DNA of 63,375 nt, filler included, from Caldilineae bacterium (GCA_037446815.1; 18 parts of 18 records of this genome joined end to end with filler, not necessarily neighbours in it), one strand, 5' to 3'; shown: positions 10,160-22,716, counted from the first letter of the whole stretch. Notes: generated from the letters alone by a model not told the origin. Translations and numbers: made by a program.

Positions 10160-10223
10160 ATCAAACCTCGCCTTTGATTTCAGCCCTCACCCTGACCCTG
10201 TTCCACAGGGCGAGGGGAAAGGC

Positions 10224-11147
10224 CTACAGGCCCGCAAGGAGAACGGCCAGGATAGCCTTCTGGGCGTGCATGCGGTTCTCGGCCTGGTCAAACAGCACCG
10301 AATGGGGCCCGTCCGCCACCTCGTCGGTGATTTCCTCGCCGCGATGGGCGGGCAGGCAGTGCTCCACGATGACATCGGGCTTGGCCAGGGCCACCAGCGC
10401 CGCGTTGACCTGATACGGCGGGAACACCTTGAGCCGCTCTTCGCGCTCCTTCTCCTGCCCCATGCTCGTCCACACGTCGGTGTAGATGACATCCGCGCCG
10501 CGCACGGCCTCGGTGGGGTCGTGGGTGGTGAGGATGCGGCTGCCGGTGCGTTGCGCGATGGCCTGCGCCTTCTCCACCACCGCCTGGGGCAATTCGTACC
10601 CGGGCGGCGTGGCGATGGCGAAGTTCATCCCCACCTGCGCCGTCGCGAAAGCCAGCGACGTGGCCACATTGTTGCCGTCGCCGACGAACGCCAGGGTGAG
10701 GCCCTTCAGGCGCCCCTTCTTCTCCATCACGGTGAGCAGGTCGGCCATGGCCTGGCACGGGTGATTGTAGTCCGAGAGGCCGTTGATGACCGGCACGCGG
10801 GAGTAGGCGGCGAGTTCCTCAATGTGCTTGTGGTCAAACACGCGGGCCATGATGCAGTCCACGTAGCGGCTCAAGACGCGGGCCACGTCGGCCACGCTCT
10901 CCCGCTTGCCCAGGCCGATTTCGTCGGGCGACAGGTAGAAGGCGTACCCGCCCAACTGATGCATGGCCATCTCAAACGAGACGCGGGTGCGGAGCGACGG
11001 CTTCTGGAACACCAGGGCCAGGGTCTTGCCGCTGAGGATGGGCCGGTTGCCCCCCTGCTTCCACTCGGCTTTGAGTTGGACCGCCACGTCCAAAATGTGC
11101 TGGATTTCCTCCGGCGTGAAGTCAGATATGGCGATAAAATGCTTCAT
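10224..11147 (-). CDS. argF: Ornithine carbamoyltransferase
   Basis: [17 protein letters not shown] and HCLP motifs. Confidence 0.95.
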   Translation of the reverse strand: MKHFIAISDFTPEEIQHILDVAVQLKAEWKQGGNRPILSGKTLALVFQKPSLRTRVSFEMAMHQLGGYAFYLSPDEIGLGKRESVADVARVLSRYVDCIMARVFDHKHIEELAAYSRVPVINGLSDYNHPCQAMADLLTVMEKKGRLKGLTLAFVGDGNNVATSLAFATAQVGMNFAIATPPGYELPQAVVEKAQAIAQRTGSRILTTHDPTEAVRGADVIYTDVWTSMGQEKEREERLKVFPPYQVNAALVALAKPDVIVEHCLPAHRGEEITDEVADGPHSVLFDQAENRMHAQKAILAVLLAGL

Positions 11148-11210
11148 TTCCACCCTCCTGGGCATAGTATAGCACACGGAGGCGCAGGGGCGCAATTGCG
11201 GAGGCGAGCC

Positions 11211-11337
11211 GAGTCGGTTCCGTCTTGTGTTGGTCTGCCTCGCGCGCCGCCTCCCCAGTCTGTCATGCTGAGCCGAAGGCGATACGCCCTCGCCCTTCGG
11301 GAGAGGGCTGGGGTGAGGGGCGAGATTCTTCGCGGCT
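11211..11337. mobile_element. MITE copy (type 2 with nested CCCTCACCCC module), truncated
   Basis: GAGTCGGTTCCGTCTTGTGTTGGT end, 15 bp from the argF -35 box. Confidence 0.75.
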
Positions 11338-11437
11338 NNNNNNNNNNNNNNNNNNNNNNNNNNNNNNNNNNNNNNNNNNNNTTAATTAATTAANNNNNNN
11401 NNNNNNNNNNNNNNNNNNNNNNNNNNNNNNNNNNNNN

Positions 11438-11538
11438 GGGTGAGGGCGTCGCCCCCTCGCCCGCTGGGAGAGGGCTGGGGTGAGGGCGTCGCTCGCGCTC
11501 TCGCACTGGCGGTTACCAACAGACTTTGGAACCGAGTC
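11438..11538. mobile_element. MITE end with CCCTCACCCC-type modules, truncated
   Basis: CCAACAGACTTTGGAACCGAGTC end. Confidence 0.7.
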
Positions 11539-11543
11539 TGACA

Positions 11544-11580
11544 CAACGTGCGACGCACCTCGGAGGTGCGTCGCACGTTG
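11544..11580. repeat. Perfect palindrome, copy 2
   Basis: 17-bp stem, 3-nt loop. Confidence 0.85.
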
Positions 11581-11744
11581 CGCCGTTGTAGGGGATGTTG
11601 TAGTGGGACAGGTCTCAGACCTTCCCCTACGGAGACCCACCCCTACGGCGGACCCCAGCCCGCAGGGCTTTATGCGCCTAGCCCGAGAACGGGCCAGGGG
11701 CGCGGGGATTTTTCAGGATGGCGCACGTATGGTACAATAGCCCC

Positions 11745-14689
<2,945 letters not shown>

Positions 14690-14761
14690 CAGACGTGTAA
14701 CGGGGCGCGCCGCCTGTCGGCGGGGCTTCCTCCGCGAAGGACGCGAATCTACGCGAAGATG

Positions 14762-14800
14762 ACAACGTGCGACGCACTTCGGAAGTGCGTCGCACGTTGT
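14762..14800. repeat. Perfect palindrome, copy 3 (downstream of gyrB)
   Basis: 18-bp stem, 3-nt loop. Confidence 0.85.
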
Positions 14801-15196
14801 TTGCGCCGTGGGTCAATGAGAGCGGAGCAGGAATATAACTGGCACATCCAACCAGGAGGCATAGTACACTTCCCAGGCCTGCTGTCTGCCGGAAGAGTAG
14901 CCGGTGGTTCATTCCACATTTCCCCACATTCTCGGCCGGCACAAAGCACCGATCAAGTGACCCCAAGTTGCCTGAGAGAATACAACTCGGCAGTTGCCTC
15001 TGGGAAGGTATCACCGCACCGGAGACGTGTAATACGTCTCACCGCCGAATACATCGCGCACCACTTCGAGCATGTCGAACTGGTAGTTTCCGGCCGNNNN
15101 NNNNNNNNNNNNNNNNNNNNNNNNNNNNNNNNNNNNNNNNTTAATTAATTAANNNNNNNNNNNNNNNNNNNNNNNNNNNNNNNNNNNNNNNNNNNN

Positions 15197-15347
15197 GACT
15201 CGGTTCCAAAGTCTGTTGGCATCTACCGTCATTCTGAGCGGCGAAGCCGCGAAGAATCTCGCTGACCGAGATGCTTCGCCTTCGGCTCAGCATGACAGAG
15301 CGGGGAGGCAGCGTGCGGGGCAGACCAACACAAGATGGAACCGAGTC
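15197..15347. mobile_element. Complete 151-bp MITE, type 2 cargo
   Basis: GACTCGGTTCCA...TGGAACCGAGTC perfect 12-bp terminal IR. Confidence 0.85.
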
Positions 15348-15362
15348 CCGCGGCAGCGGTTT

Positions 15363-15391
15363 TTGACGCCTCACGGCTTTACGCATATAAT
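15363..15391 (+). promoter_or_regulatory. rplY promoter TTGACG-17-TATAAT
   Basis: Near-consensus; 15 bp after the MITE end. Confidence 0.75.
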
Positions 15392-15426
15392 GCGCACTTG
15401 CAATTCGGGAAGGAGTGTTGGATTAG

Positions 15427-16080
15427 ATGGATCAATTGATACTGGATGCAGAACCCCGTACCGTCAAGGGGAAGCAGGTAAACCAATTGCGCCGCCAGGG
15501 ATTGGTGCCGGCGGTTGTGTACGGCAAGGCCATCGCGCCGGTGCATGTGCAACTGCTGCGGCGGCCGCTGGAACTGGCGCTGGAGAAGGCGGGCGAGTCC
15601 ACGCTCATCTCCCTGCGCGTCGCCGGGCGCCCCGAGCCGCTCACCGTGCTGGTGCGCGATCAGCAGCGCGACGTCCTGACCCAGGCGGTAACCCACGTGG
15701 ACTTCTACGCCGTCGTGATGACCGAGACCATCCGCGTCCACATCCCGCTGGTGTTGGAAGGCGAGCCGCCTGTGCTGCAGAAGTTCCAGGGGGTGCTCCT
15801 CCAACAGAAGGAAGAGGTAGAGGTGGAGTGCCTGCCCAAGGACCTGGTGCCGCACATCACGGTGGACGTGAGCGCGCTCCAGACCTTTGATGACGCCATC
15901 TATGTGAAGGACCTGGTGCTGCCCCCGGGGATTGAGGTGCTGGACGAGCCGGATGACCTGGTGGCGACGGTCAGCCCGGTGGCCGAGGAAGTGCCGGAGG
16001 CCGAGGCCGCGCCGGTGGAACCTGGCGAGGTAGAGGTCATCAAGAAGGGCAAGAAGGAAGAGGAAGAGGCCGAGGAATAG
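15427..16080 (+). CDS. rplY: 50S ribosomal protein L25/general stress protein Ctc
   Basis: LRRQGLVPAVVYG and HVDFY motifs, acidic tail. Confidence 0.95.
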   Translation: MDQLILDAEPRTVKGKQVNQLRRQGLVPAVVYGKAIAPVHVQLLRRPLELALEKAGESTLISLRVAGRPEPLTVLVRDQQRDVLTQAVTHVDFYAVVMTETIRVHIPLVLEGEPPVLQKFQGVLLQQKEEVEVECLPKDLVPHITVDVSALQTFDDAIYVKDLVLPPGIEVLDEPDDLVATVSPVAEEVPEAEAAPVEPGEVEVIKKGKKEEEEAEE

Positions 16081-16105
16081 TCTCCTCACCGGTTATGGCC
16101 ACGCG

Positions 16106-16139
16106 AAAAGCGGCGGAGCACATCCGCCGCTTTTGTTTT
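16106..16139. terminator. Bidirectional intrinsic terminator
   Basis: AAAAGCGGCGGA-gcaca-TCCGCCGCTTTTGTTTT between convergent genes. Confidence 0.85.
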
Positions 16140-16148
16140 GCCGTGCGG

Positions 16149-17405
16149 TCAGTTCAGGATGATCAGCGCCGGGGGCGGGCTGAAGTAGCGCCCGTTGCGA
16201 AGGGGGTCTAACCCGAACAGGTGGCGCGGGGTGAGCGGGTCGTTGTCGTAGCGCGCGGCGGTGAGGTAGTCGTTGGGCGGGAAGATCTTGATAGCGGGGT
16301 ACGCGCCGTTGCCGAAAAACGGGTACGCCCTGCGGTCGGTGATGCCGCGGTACTTGGACAGTTTGACCTCTTGGCTGTTCTCCGAGGGGCTGAACCCGTC
16401 GGCGTCAAAGATGAGGGTGATGCCCGGCGGGATGACGATGTCGGCTTTGTCCACGATCATCGTGCGCGTGTCCGTCGGGACGTTGAGGTCCTCAAACTGG
16501 TGCAGGCCCACGATGATCTCGCGGCGGATGCCCTTCTCCTGCATGAACTCGTGAATGCGGCGCAGGGCCGCGTTGACGTCGGCGGCGTCAATCCGCCCGG
16601 GCAGCGGACGCCCGGGGATGGTAACTTCGCCCGACTCGTACTGTTCCGGATAGACGTGGAACTCGGGGTCAAAGAAGAAGTGCACGTTGTCGTACTTCTC
16701 CAGATAGGGGAGCATGGCCTCGGTCTGGCTGAGCACGGTTGACAGGCCCAACTGATTGTCCAGGAAGACGAGCACGCCCTTCTCGGCTGCGGGCCGGATG
16801 TAGTCGTGCTCCAGGGACCCGCTGCCGGTGGCGTCCAGATACTCCTGCACGCTGATGAGATACGTGCCGCCGCCGTTTTCCTTTGTCCCCGACGCCAGTT
16901 GGAAGATGATGTCCATGGCGGGGATGACGCCCAAGTCGCCGTTGGCGGCGTCCACCTCGGCGCAGTACGAGATGACCTCGGTGTAGAAGTGGTCAAAGTT
17001 GTTGTAGTAGCCCAGCCTTCCCAGAATGGCGACCTTGTCCATGTGGTCATGGGGCGAGAAGGCCCTGCCGTAGAAGGCGACGATGGTGTGCGTGTCCATG
17101 ATGGAGGCGCGGACGCCCGGCGGGACCGGCGCGGGGGTTGGCGTTGGCGTGGGCGTCGCTGTGGGCGTGGGTGTGGGCGTCGGGGTAGGGGTCGGCGTGG
17201 GCGTGGGGGTGGCCGTAGGGGTCGGCGTCGGCGTGGGGGTGGGCGTGGAGGTGGGCGTGGGCGTTGCCGTAGCCGGGGACGGGGACCCGGGCCACGCAAA
17301 CGGGCGCTGCAGCGCCAGGAGTGTCATGCCCGCGGCCGCCGCCGCCAGCAGCAGCGAGGCGAGCAGGTTGTTCCGATTCGCGTAGGTGGCTTTGGCCCGT
17401 TCCAC
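16149..17405 (-). CDS. Exported Pro/Thr-linker protein with uncharacterised catalytic-looking domain
   Basis: N-terminal hydrophobic segment, long (PT)n tract, AFYG..LG, DPEFH, HQF and DADGF motifs; GTG start inferred. Confidence 0.7.
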   Translation of the reverse strand: MERAKATYANRNNLLASLLLAAAAAGMTLLALQRPFAWPGSPSPATATPTPTSTPTPTPTPTPTATPTPTPTPTPTPTPTPTATPTPTPTPAPVPPGVRASIMDTHTIVAFYGRAFSPHDHMDKVAILGRLGYYNNFDHFYTEVISYCAEVDAANGDLGVIPAMDIIFQLASGTKENGGGTYLISVQEYLDATGSGSLEHDYIRPAAEKGVLVFLDNQLGLSTVLSQTEAMLPYLEKYDNVHFFFDPEFHVYPEQYESGEVTIPGRPLPGRIDAADVNAALRRIHEFMQEKGIRREIIVGLHQFEDLNVPTDTRTMIVDKADIVIPPGITLIFDADGFSPSENSQEVKLSKYRGITDRRAYPFFGNGAYPAIKIFPPNDYLTAARYDNDPLTPRHLFGLDPLRNGRYFSPPPALIILN

Positions 17406-17453
17406 GTCGTGAACCCCCGTGTGTACAGATGCGTGCGAAATGAGCACGATGCG

Positions 17454-17603
17454 GAGTCGGTTTCATCGCGTGTTGGTGAACCGTAGGCGCACTCTCCTCG
17501 TGTGTCATTGCGAGCGCAGCGAAGCAATCGCACGCCTTGGAGATTGCTTCGGGCACTGCGTGCCCTCGCAATGACGGGTACCAACAGACTTTGGACCCGA
17601 CTC
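17454..17603. mobile_element. Complete 150-bp MITE, type 1 cargo
   Basis: Both ends present; flanks ACGATGCG / ACTATGCG (7/8 TSD). Confidence 0.85.
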
Positions 17604-17702
17604 ACTATGCGCGTGCCCTGGCTGAACAACGCACGCGGGGCATTGAGAGGTGCGGCATGCGCGAGACTCCGCCATATTCTACACCCGCGGCGCGCTGCGC
17701 GC

Positions 17703-17736
17703 AAAAGAAAAGCGGCGAGGATGCTCTCTCGCCGCT
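17703..17736 (-). terminator. Intrinsic terminator
   Basis: AGCGGCGAG stem followed by a T-tract on the minus strand. Confidence 0.7.
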
Positions 17737-17761
17737 GGTCTGTATTCGGTTGTCGTGGAGA

Positions 17762-18193
17762 TTACTGCTGTTCCAGCAGGTCGCAGATGCCGTTGCCATC
17801 GGCGTCCACGAAGTTGGCGCCGCGCATTCCGTAGCCGTGCCGCCCCGCGCCCTGGCCGTTGGAGGCGCTACGCGCAGCGCGCCCGTAGCCCATGCCCTGG
17901 CCCGCGTTGTCGCAGACCCCATCGCCGTCGGCATCCACGAAGCGGTCGTTGACGCCGTCGCCGTTCTCGTCCACGAAGCCCCAGGCGTGCCCGTTGCCCT
18001 GGCCGGCGTTATCACACACGCCGTCGCCGTCGGCGTCCACAAACCCGTAGGCGTGCCCGTTGCCGTTGCCCGAGAAGTCGCGGATGCCGTCGCGGGTTCC
18101 CGCGGGCCCCTGCGCGAAGGCCGCCGTGGCGATGACCATCGCCAGGGTCAGCGCCAACACCACTGCTACACCGATCACTACTGTCCGTTTCAT
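17762..18193 (-). CDS. Secreted small protein with four FVDxDGDGx(C/N)D repeats
   Basis: Signal peptide ending AFA-Q; AGGAGG RBS; DxDxDG loops. Confidence 0.8.
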   Translation of the reverse strand: MKRTVVIGVAVVLALTLAMVIATAAFAQGPAGTRDGIRDFSGNGNGHAYGFVDADGDGVCDNAGQGNGHAWGFVDENGDGVNDRFVDADGDGVCDNAGQGMGYGRAARSASNGQGAGRHGYGMRGANFVDADGNGICDLLEQQ

Positions 18194-18339
18194 GCTGAAA
18201 TCCTCCTGTGTGAGTTTCTTGTTTTCGTGTTGGACGGTGTCTGTGTCTCTCACCGTTCCGCAGGCAGGATACCACAGGAGTGTGAAGGGATTATGAAGAG
18301 GCGCTGAAGGTCTGATGTAGAATTCGGGGGACAAAAAGG

Positions 18340-18413
18340 TGAGCCGTGCGCGACTCGAACGCGCGACACCCTGCTTAAAAGGCAGGTGCTCTGCCATGCT
18401 GAGCTAACGGCCC
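18340..18413 (-). tRNA. tRNA-Lys (anticodon TTT), CCA not fully encoded
   Basis: GGGCCGTTAGCTCAGCATGGCAGAGCACCTGCCTTTTAAGCAGGGTGTCGCGCGTTCGAGTCGCGCACGGCTCA cloverleaf. Confidence 0.95.
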
Positions 18414-18421
18414 ACGCTTGC

Positions 18422-18450
18422 AGTATACCACAGCGGGGCGTGAGCGTCAA
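18422..18450 (-). promoter_or_regulatory. tRNA promoter TTGACG-17-TATACT
   Basis: Near-consensus with extended -10. Confidence 0.75.
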
Positions 18451-18466
18451 AAGCGGGTTGCGTCTG

Positions 18467-18535
18467 GACTCGGCTCCAACGCGGGTTGGGAACCGTCAAC
18501 TGACGTGCGACGCACCTCGGAGGTGCGTCGCACGT
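18467..18535. repeat. Degenerate MITE end followed by palindrome copy 4
   Basis: GACTCGGCTCCAA at 18467; palindrome at 18503-18535. Confidence 0.65.
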
Positions 18536-18565
18536 TGGTGGGCGCGGAGCGGCGAAGAATACTGC

Positions 18566-18727
18566 CCCTCACCCCGGCCCTCTCCCGGCGGGTGAGGGAG
18601 CGTGGCCCTCACCCCGGCCCTGTCCCGCGCGGGCGAGGGAGCGCGGCCCTCACCCCGGCCCTCTCCCGGTGGGCGAGGGAGCGTGGCCCTCACCCCGGCC
18701 CTGTCCCGCGCGGGCGAGGGAGCGTGG
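18566..18727. repeat. Tandem array of four 40/41-bp CCCTCACCCCGGCCCT(C/G)TCCC...GAGGG units
   Basis: Units start at 18566, 18606, 18647 and 18687. Confidence 0.9.
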
Positions 18728-18950
18728 CGGCGCGGGGCTGAAGCTGCCGCGCTGAGGGTGTGGAGCAAACTGGCAATTTGCCCAACTTGGCCCTATCCGT
18801 GTTATCCGTGGATACAACCCTGGAGATGCTTCGCCTTCGGCTCAGCATGANNNNNNNNNNNNNNNNNNNNNNNNNNNNNNNNNNNNNNNNNNNNTTAATT
18901 AATTAANNNNNNNNNNNNNNNNNNNNNNNNNNNNNNNNNNNNNNNNNNNN

Positions 18951-19003
18951 GGGCGCTCCGCGCCCTCGCAATGACAAATACCAACGGACTGTGGAACCGC
19001 GCC
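18951..19003. mobile_element. MITE end (type 1), truncated
   Basis: CCCTCGCAATGAC...CCAACGGACTGTGGAACCG. Confidence 0.7.
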
Positions 19004-19018
19004 CAGCGCCCGACGCGA

Positions 19019-19046
19019 TTGACAAACTGCGAAAAGGGGGTATACT
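19019..19046 (+). promoter_or_regulatory. sigma70-type promoter TTGACA-16-TATACT
   Basis: Consensus hexamers. Confidence 0.7.
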
Positions 19047-19115
19047 ATCTGTGTGGCAACCCTTTGGAGTGGCACGATTTTATGAATGTCTTCCGCCCAA
19101 TGGGCAGTATAGAAC

Positions 19116-19158
19116 AAGGACATCGGGGTGAAGTATGCCCTGGTGTCCTTTTGTTTTT
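19116..19158 (+). terminator. Intrinsic terminator within 5' leader (attenuator or sRNA end)
   Basis: AAGGACATCGGGG...CCCTGGTGTCCTT followed by TTGTTTTT. Confidence 0.75.
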
Positions 19159-19225
19159 CTGAGACCGGTCAGGGCAGCCGAATGCCCCAAAATACATGGC
19201 CCCGCGCGGGCACAGGAGGGGAGAC

Positions 19226-19489
19226 ATGGAGTCCGGGATGATCAGCAAGATTCAGAAGGCGAAGCGCTACGCCCAGGAGAAAGACCGCATTACCTTTGAG
19301 CAATTCCGTGTCCGGTTCAGAGGCGAACATGACACTTATACGTTGACGTTTGACGAAGGCAAGTGGACCTGCCAATGCAATTTCTTTCTCTCCCATGGGG
19401 TCTGCAGCCACACCATGGCGCTGGAGCGCATCTTGGGGGTGATGTTGCCCGCGGCCGCCAGCACAAAAGGCGTGCCGCAGGGAGCCTGA
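19226..19489 (+). CDS. Small SWIM zinc-finger protein
   Basis: CQC...CSH (CxCx8CxH); AGGAGGGG RBS. Confidence 0.8.
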   Translation: MESGMISKIQKAKRYAQEKDRITFEQFRVRFRGEHDTYTLTFDEGKWTCQCNFFLSHGVCSHTMALERILGVMLPAAASTKGVPQGA

Positions 19490-19575
19490 GCCTGGCCTAG
19501 AGGAGACCGGTCGGCCTGGCGGGCACCGAGGAAATCCGCCAGGCCGACTTTTTTGTACGCAGGGGGAGGGCAAGC

Positions 19576-20604
19576 GTGAGCGTATTCAAGCGATGGCAAT
19601 TCTGGCTCGGCGTCCTCATCAGTGCCGTGTTCCTGTACGATGTGGTGCGCAAATTGGATTTGGCCGAGGCCTGGGAGGCCGCCCGCACGGCCAACTACTG
19701 GTGGATACTCCCCGGCGTGGCGGTGTACTTCGTTGCCGTGTGGGCACGCACCTGGCGCTGGCACTACATGCTCCGCTCCGTCAAGCGCGTGCCGCTCATG
19801 CGCCTGTTTCCCGTCGTCGTTATCGGCTACATGGGCAACAACGTGTACCCCTTTCGCGCGGGCGAGTTGATTCGCGCCTACGTCCTGAAACGCAAGGAAG
19901 ACGTCAGCATCAGCGCCAGCCTGGCCACCATCATCGTGGAGCGCATCTTTGACGGCGTTACCATGCTCTTCTTCGTGTTCGTCGTCTTGCCCATCGCCCC
20001 CGAAGCGGCCGAGTGGCGCAGCATCGTCGTCTGGTTCAGCCTACTGTTCTTCGGCGTGCTGGGGATATTCTTCCTCATCGCCGCCTCGCCCCGCCGCTCA
20101 CAGGCCCTGGCCGGATGGTTCATCCAGCGCATCATCCCCGCGCGCTTCCGAGCCTCTGCCGAGGGGATCACCGCCCGCTTCCTTGAGGGCCTGCGGTTCC
20201 TCCGCAGCGGGACCGATGTCCTCATGATCTTCCTCACCTCGGTGGCCATCTGGCTCACCGAGACGACCAAGTACTGGTTCGTGATGCACAGCTTTGACTT
20301 TCGGGTATCGTTCTTCGTCCTGATGCTCATGACCGCCGTGGTGAACCTGGCGACCACGCTCCCATCTTCGCCGGGGTACGTGGGCACCTTTGACTGGCCG
20401 GGGATACGGATCCTCCAGGAGTTCCACGTGGATGGGGCCGTGGCCGCCAGTTACACGCTGGTGCTCCACGCAGCGCTGTGGCTGCCCATCACGCTGCTGG
20501 GGTTCTTCTATATGTGGCGTGAGAGCGTGAGTTGGAGCCAGTTCGCCGAGGCCGCCCGGCTCAAAGGGGGCGGCGCGCCGGAAGACGCTCCCCAAGAACC
20601 GTAG
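19576..20604 (+). CDS. Lysylphosphatidylglycerol synthase TM / flippase-like (UPF0104) protein
   Basis: NNVYPFRAGELIR, ERIFD and PSSPGYVG motifs. Confidence 0.88.
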   Translation: MSVFKRWQFWLGVLISAVFLYDVVRKLDLAEAWEAARTANYWWILPGVAVYFVAVWARTWRWHYMLRSVKRVPLMRLFPVVVIGYMGNNVYPFRAGELIRAYVLKRKEDVSISASLATIIVERIFDGVTMLFFVFVVLPIAPEAAEWRSIVVWFSLLFFGVLGIFFLIAASPRRSQALAGWFIQRIIPARFRASAEGITARFLEGLRFLRSGTDVLMIFLTSVAIWLTETTKYWFVMHSFDFRVSFFVLMLMTAVVNLATTLPSSPGYVGTFDWPGIRILQEFHVDGAVAASYTLVLHAALWLPITLLGFFYMWRESVSWSQFAEAARLKGGGAPEDAPQEP

Positions 20605-20617
20605 CGGAGACGCGGAC

Positions 20618-21865
20618 ATGCCCAAGACGGCGCTATTCGTGTGCAGCAATCAGACACACGCGCGCATGTTCAGCCCGGTGGCGCGCATCCTGGAGAGCGG
20701 GACACCAGACGGGCTTGCCATCCGGTGGCTGTCCTTGGATTCGTACTACCGTCACGGCGCAGAGGGAGCGTTGCGCGACCTCGGATGGCAGGAGCACAGT
20801 TCGCTCCCGCGGCCGCGCGGCGACACGGGCACGCCGTGGGAGGGCGGTCCGCTGACGCGCATGCGTATCTTCCGCCAGGGCAAGCGGGCGGTGCGCCAGG
20901 TGCTGCGAGACATCCGCCCGAGCGTCCTCGTGCTGGGCAACGACATCGGCCCGCTGGAACGGCTGCTGATTGGGCAAGGTCGCCAGATGGGTATTCCTTC
21001 ACTCCTGGTGCAGGATGGCGTCATTGCCCTTCGGCCCGTACCCGCTCCACCCGTACCTACGCCGACGCGCCTCTTGAGAGCCTTACTTGTAGCGCTCGGG
21101 CTGCGGCTGCCCGATGCTAAACCCTACGGCCAAAACGGTGCAGATCGCATCGCGGTCATGGGCGATGCCGTGGCCCGCTGGCTGGCGCAGCAGGGCGTAC
21201 CCGAGGATCGCATTACCGTTACAGGCCAGCCGCGCTACGATGTGATCCATGCGTTGCGGCATGGCATCGCCCCACCGGACAGTTTGGAATCCCTACGGCT
21301 ACCCAAAGGGCAGAAGATCATCCTGTTTTCATCCCAACCCTATCTTCGCTATGGCATGTTCCCTGAGGCAGAGGCTCGCGAAATCTGGAGAACGGTCGTC
21401 GCCGGCGTGAGAGGGCTAGGCGCGGGACACCACCTCGTTGCTAAACTGCACCCTGCCGAAGACCTGGAGCAGACGCGGCGTTGGCTTGGGAACGACTTTC
21501 CCTCTGAATGGACCTTGTGCCGCGATGTGGACATCTTCAGCCTGCTGTACCGCGCAGAGGCCCTCGTTACGTTTATCTCATCCACAGCCCTTGAGGCCCT
21601 CTGCCTAGGTAAGCCGGTGGTTCGGCTAGACATACGGAGCCTGCCGGAGCCCATCCCCTATGTTGAACAGGGCGTGGCGCTCCAGACAAGCAACGCCGCA
21701 GAACTCACCCAATGCCTCCGTAGTGTAATCTACGACGAGGCCACACGGGGGGGCCTGGCGCGCGCGTACCAGGCATTCCTACCGGCGTATGCAGGGCCTC
21801 TGGACGGCCAGGCATCGCTACGTGTGGCCCGCGAGATAGAGGCGCTGGCGCGAGGCAGCACATGA
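20618..21865 (+). CDS. GT-B fold surface-polysaccharide biosynthesis protein (CDP-glycerol transferase/epimerase-like)
   Basis: VTGQPRYD, KLHPAE and SSTALEALCLGKPV motifs. Confidence 0.7.
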   Translation: MPKTALFVCSNQTHARMFSPVARILESGTPDGLAIRWLSLDSYYRHGAEGALRDLGWQEHSSLPRPRGDTGTPWEGGPLTRMRIFRQGKRAVRQVLRDIRPSVLVLGNDIGPLERLLIGQGRQMGIPSLLVQDGVIALRPVPAPPVPTPTRLLRALLVALGLRLPDAKPYGQNGADRIAVMGDAVARWLAQQGVPEDRITVTGQPRYDVIHALRHGIAPPDSLESLRLPKGQKIILFSSQPYLRYGMFPEAEAREIWRTVVAGVRGLGAGHHLVAKLHPAEDLEQTRRWLGNDFPSEWTLCRDVDIFSLLYRAEALVTFISSTALEALCLGKPVVRLDIRSLPEPIPYVEQGVALQTSNAAELTQCLRSVIYDEATRGGLARAYQAFLPAYAGPLDGQASLRVAREIEALARGST

Positions 21866-22589
21866 GCGAGAACATCATCAACAAGACCATGGACCGCGCC
21901 GACCTGGACAGGCCCGAGGCTCGGCGTATCGTGGAGGAGTTGAACGCCCTCATCCGCCTCCTTCGGGCGCGGGGGCTTGCCGCCAGCACCTGGTACGGGA
22001 CGCTGGAGATGCCCCCCGGCCTCCAGGCCGTGGAACGGGTGAACCGAGGGCCGGGCTATCAACCGCTGCCCGATGCCGCCGACGACGCCCGTTACCCGTG
22101 GTTCCTGTACTGGGAAATCGCCTGGGTTGCGCTCCATGCCGACTTCCGGCCAGGCCAAACGGTACTGGACCTCGGCGGGAGTTCATCCCTGTTCTCGTAT
22201 TACCTGGCCAGCAAAGGGTTGCGCGTAACGGCAGTGGACCTGCAGGCGTCGCTGGTGGAAAACGCGAACCGCGTGGCGAAGGCGATGGGGTGGGCTCTGG
22301 AGAACCATGTGATGGACATGCGCGCGCTGTCGTTCGATCGCCAGTTTGACCACGTTACGTCCATCTGCGTCCTGGAGCACCTGAAGCCAGAAGACCGCAA
22401 GGCGGCCGTTGCCCAGGTGCGGAACGTCCTGCGCGCCGGCGGACGTTTCAGCATCACCTTTGACTACCGCAATCCGGCGCGCACCATGCGTATCGCCTCG
22501 CCGCAGGATGTGGAGGAGCAATTCGTCGTTCCGTCGGGCTTGCGGGTGCGGGGCAATCGCGTTTTTGACGACACCGGCCCGAATTACCT
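21862..22589 (+). CDS. Class I SAM-dependent methyltransferase (3' truncated)
   Basis: VLDLGG and SICVLEH motifs. Confidence 0.8.
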
Positions 22590-22716
22590 NNNNNNNNNNN
22601 NNNNNNNNNNNNNNNNNNNNNNNNNNNNNNNNNTTAATTAATTAANNNNNNNNNNNNNNNNNNNNNNNNNNNNNNNNNNNNNNNNNNNNGGGCTACCGCA
22701 AGAAGCGGGGGTTTTC

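Noticed and set aside
15197..15347. GANTC at element ends as the target-site duplication
   Set aside because: The two GANTC are inverted or differ at N and belong to the terminal IR; the direct repeat is the 8 bp outside them.
17109..17290. Hexamer-like DNA repeats (also 37480-37650 and 50340-50455)
   Set aside because: They simply encode Pro/Thr linkers of exported proteins.
16149..18413. Integrative island at the tRNA-Lys 3' end
   Set aside because: No integrase, no duplicated tRNA 3' end, and downstream genes have host-like composition.
18566..18727. Possible CRISPR array
   Set aside because: Units are contiguous with no unique spacers and no cas genes; the dispersed repeats are also not arrayed.
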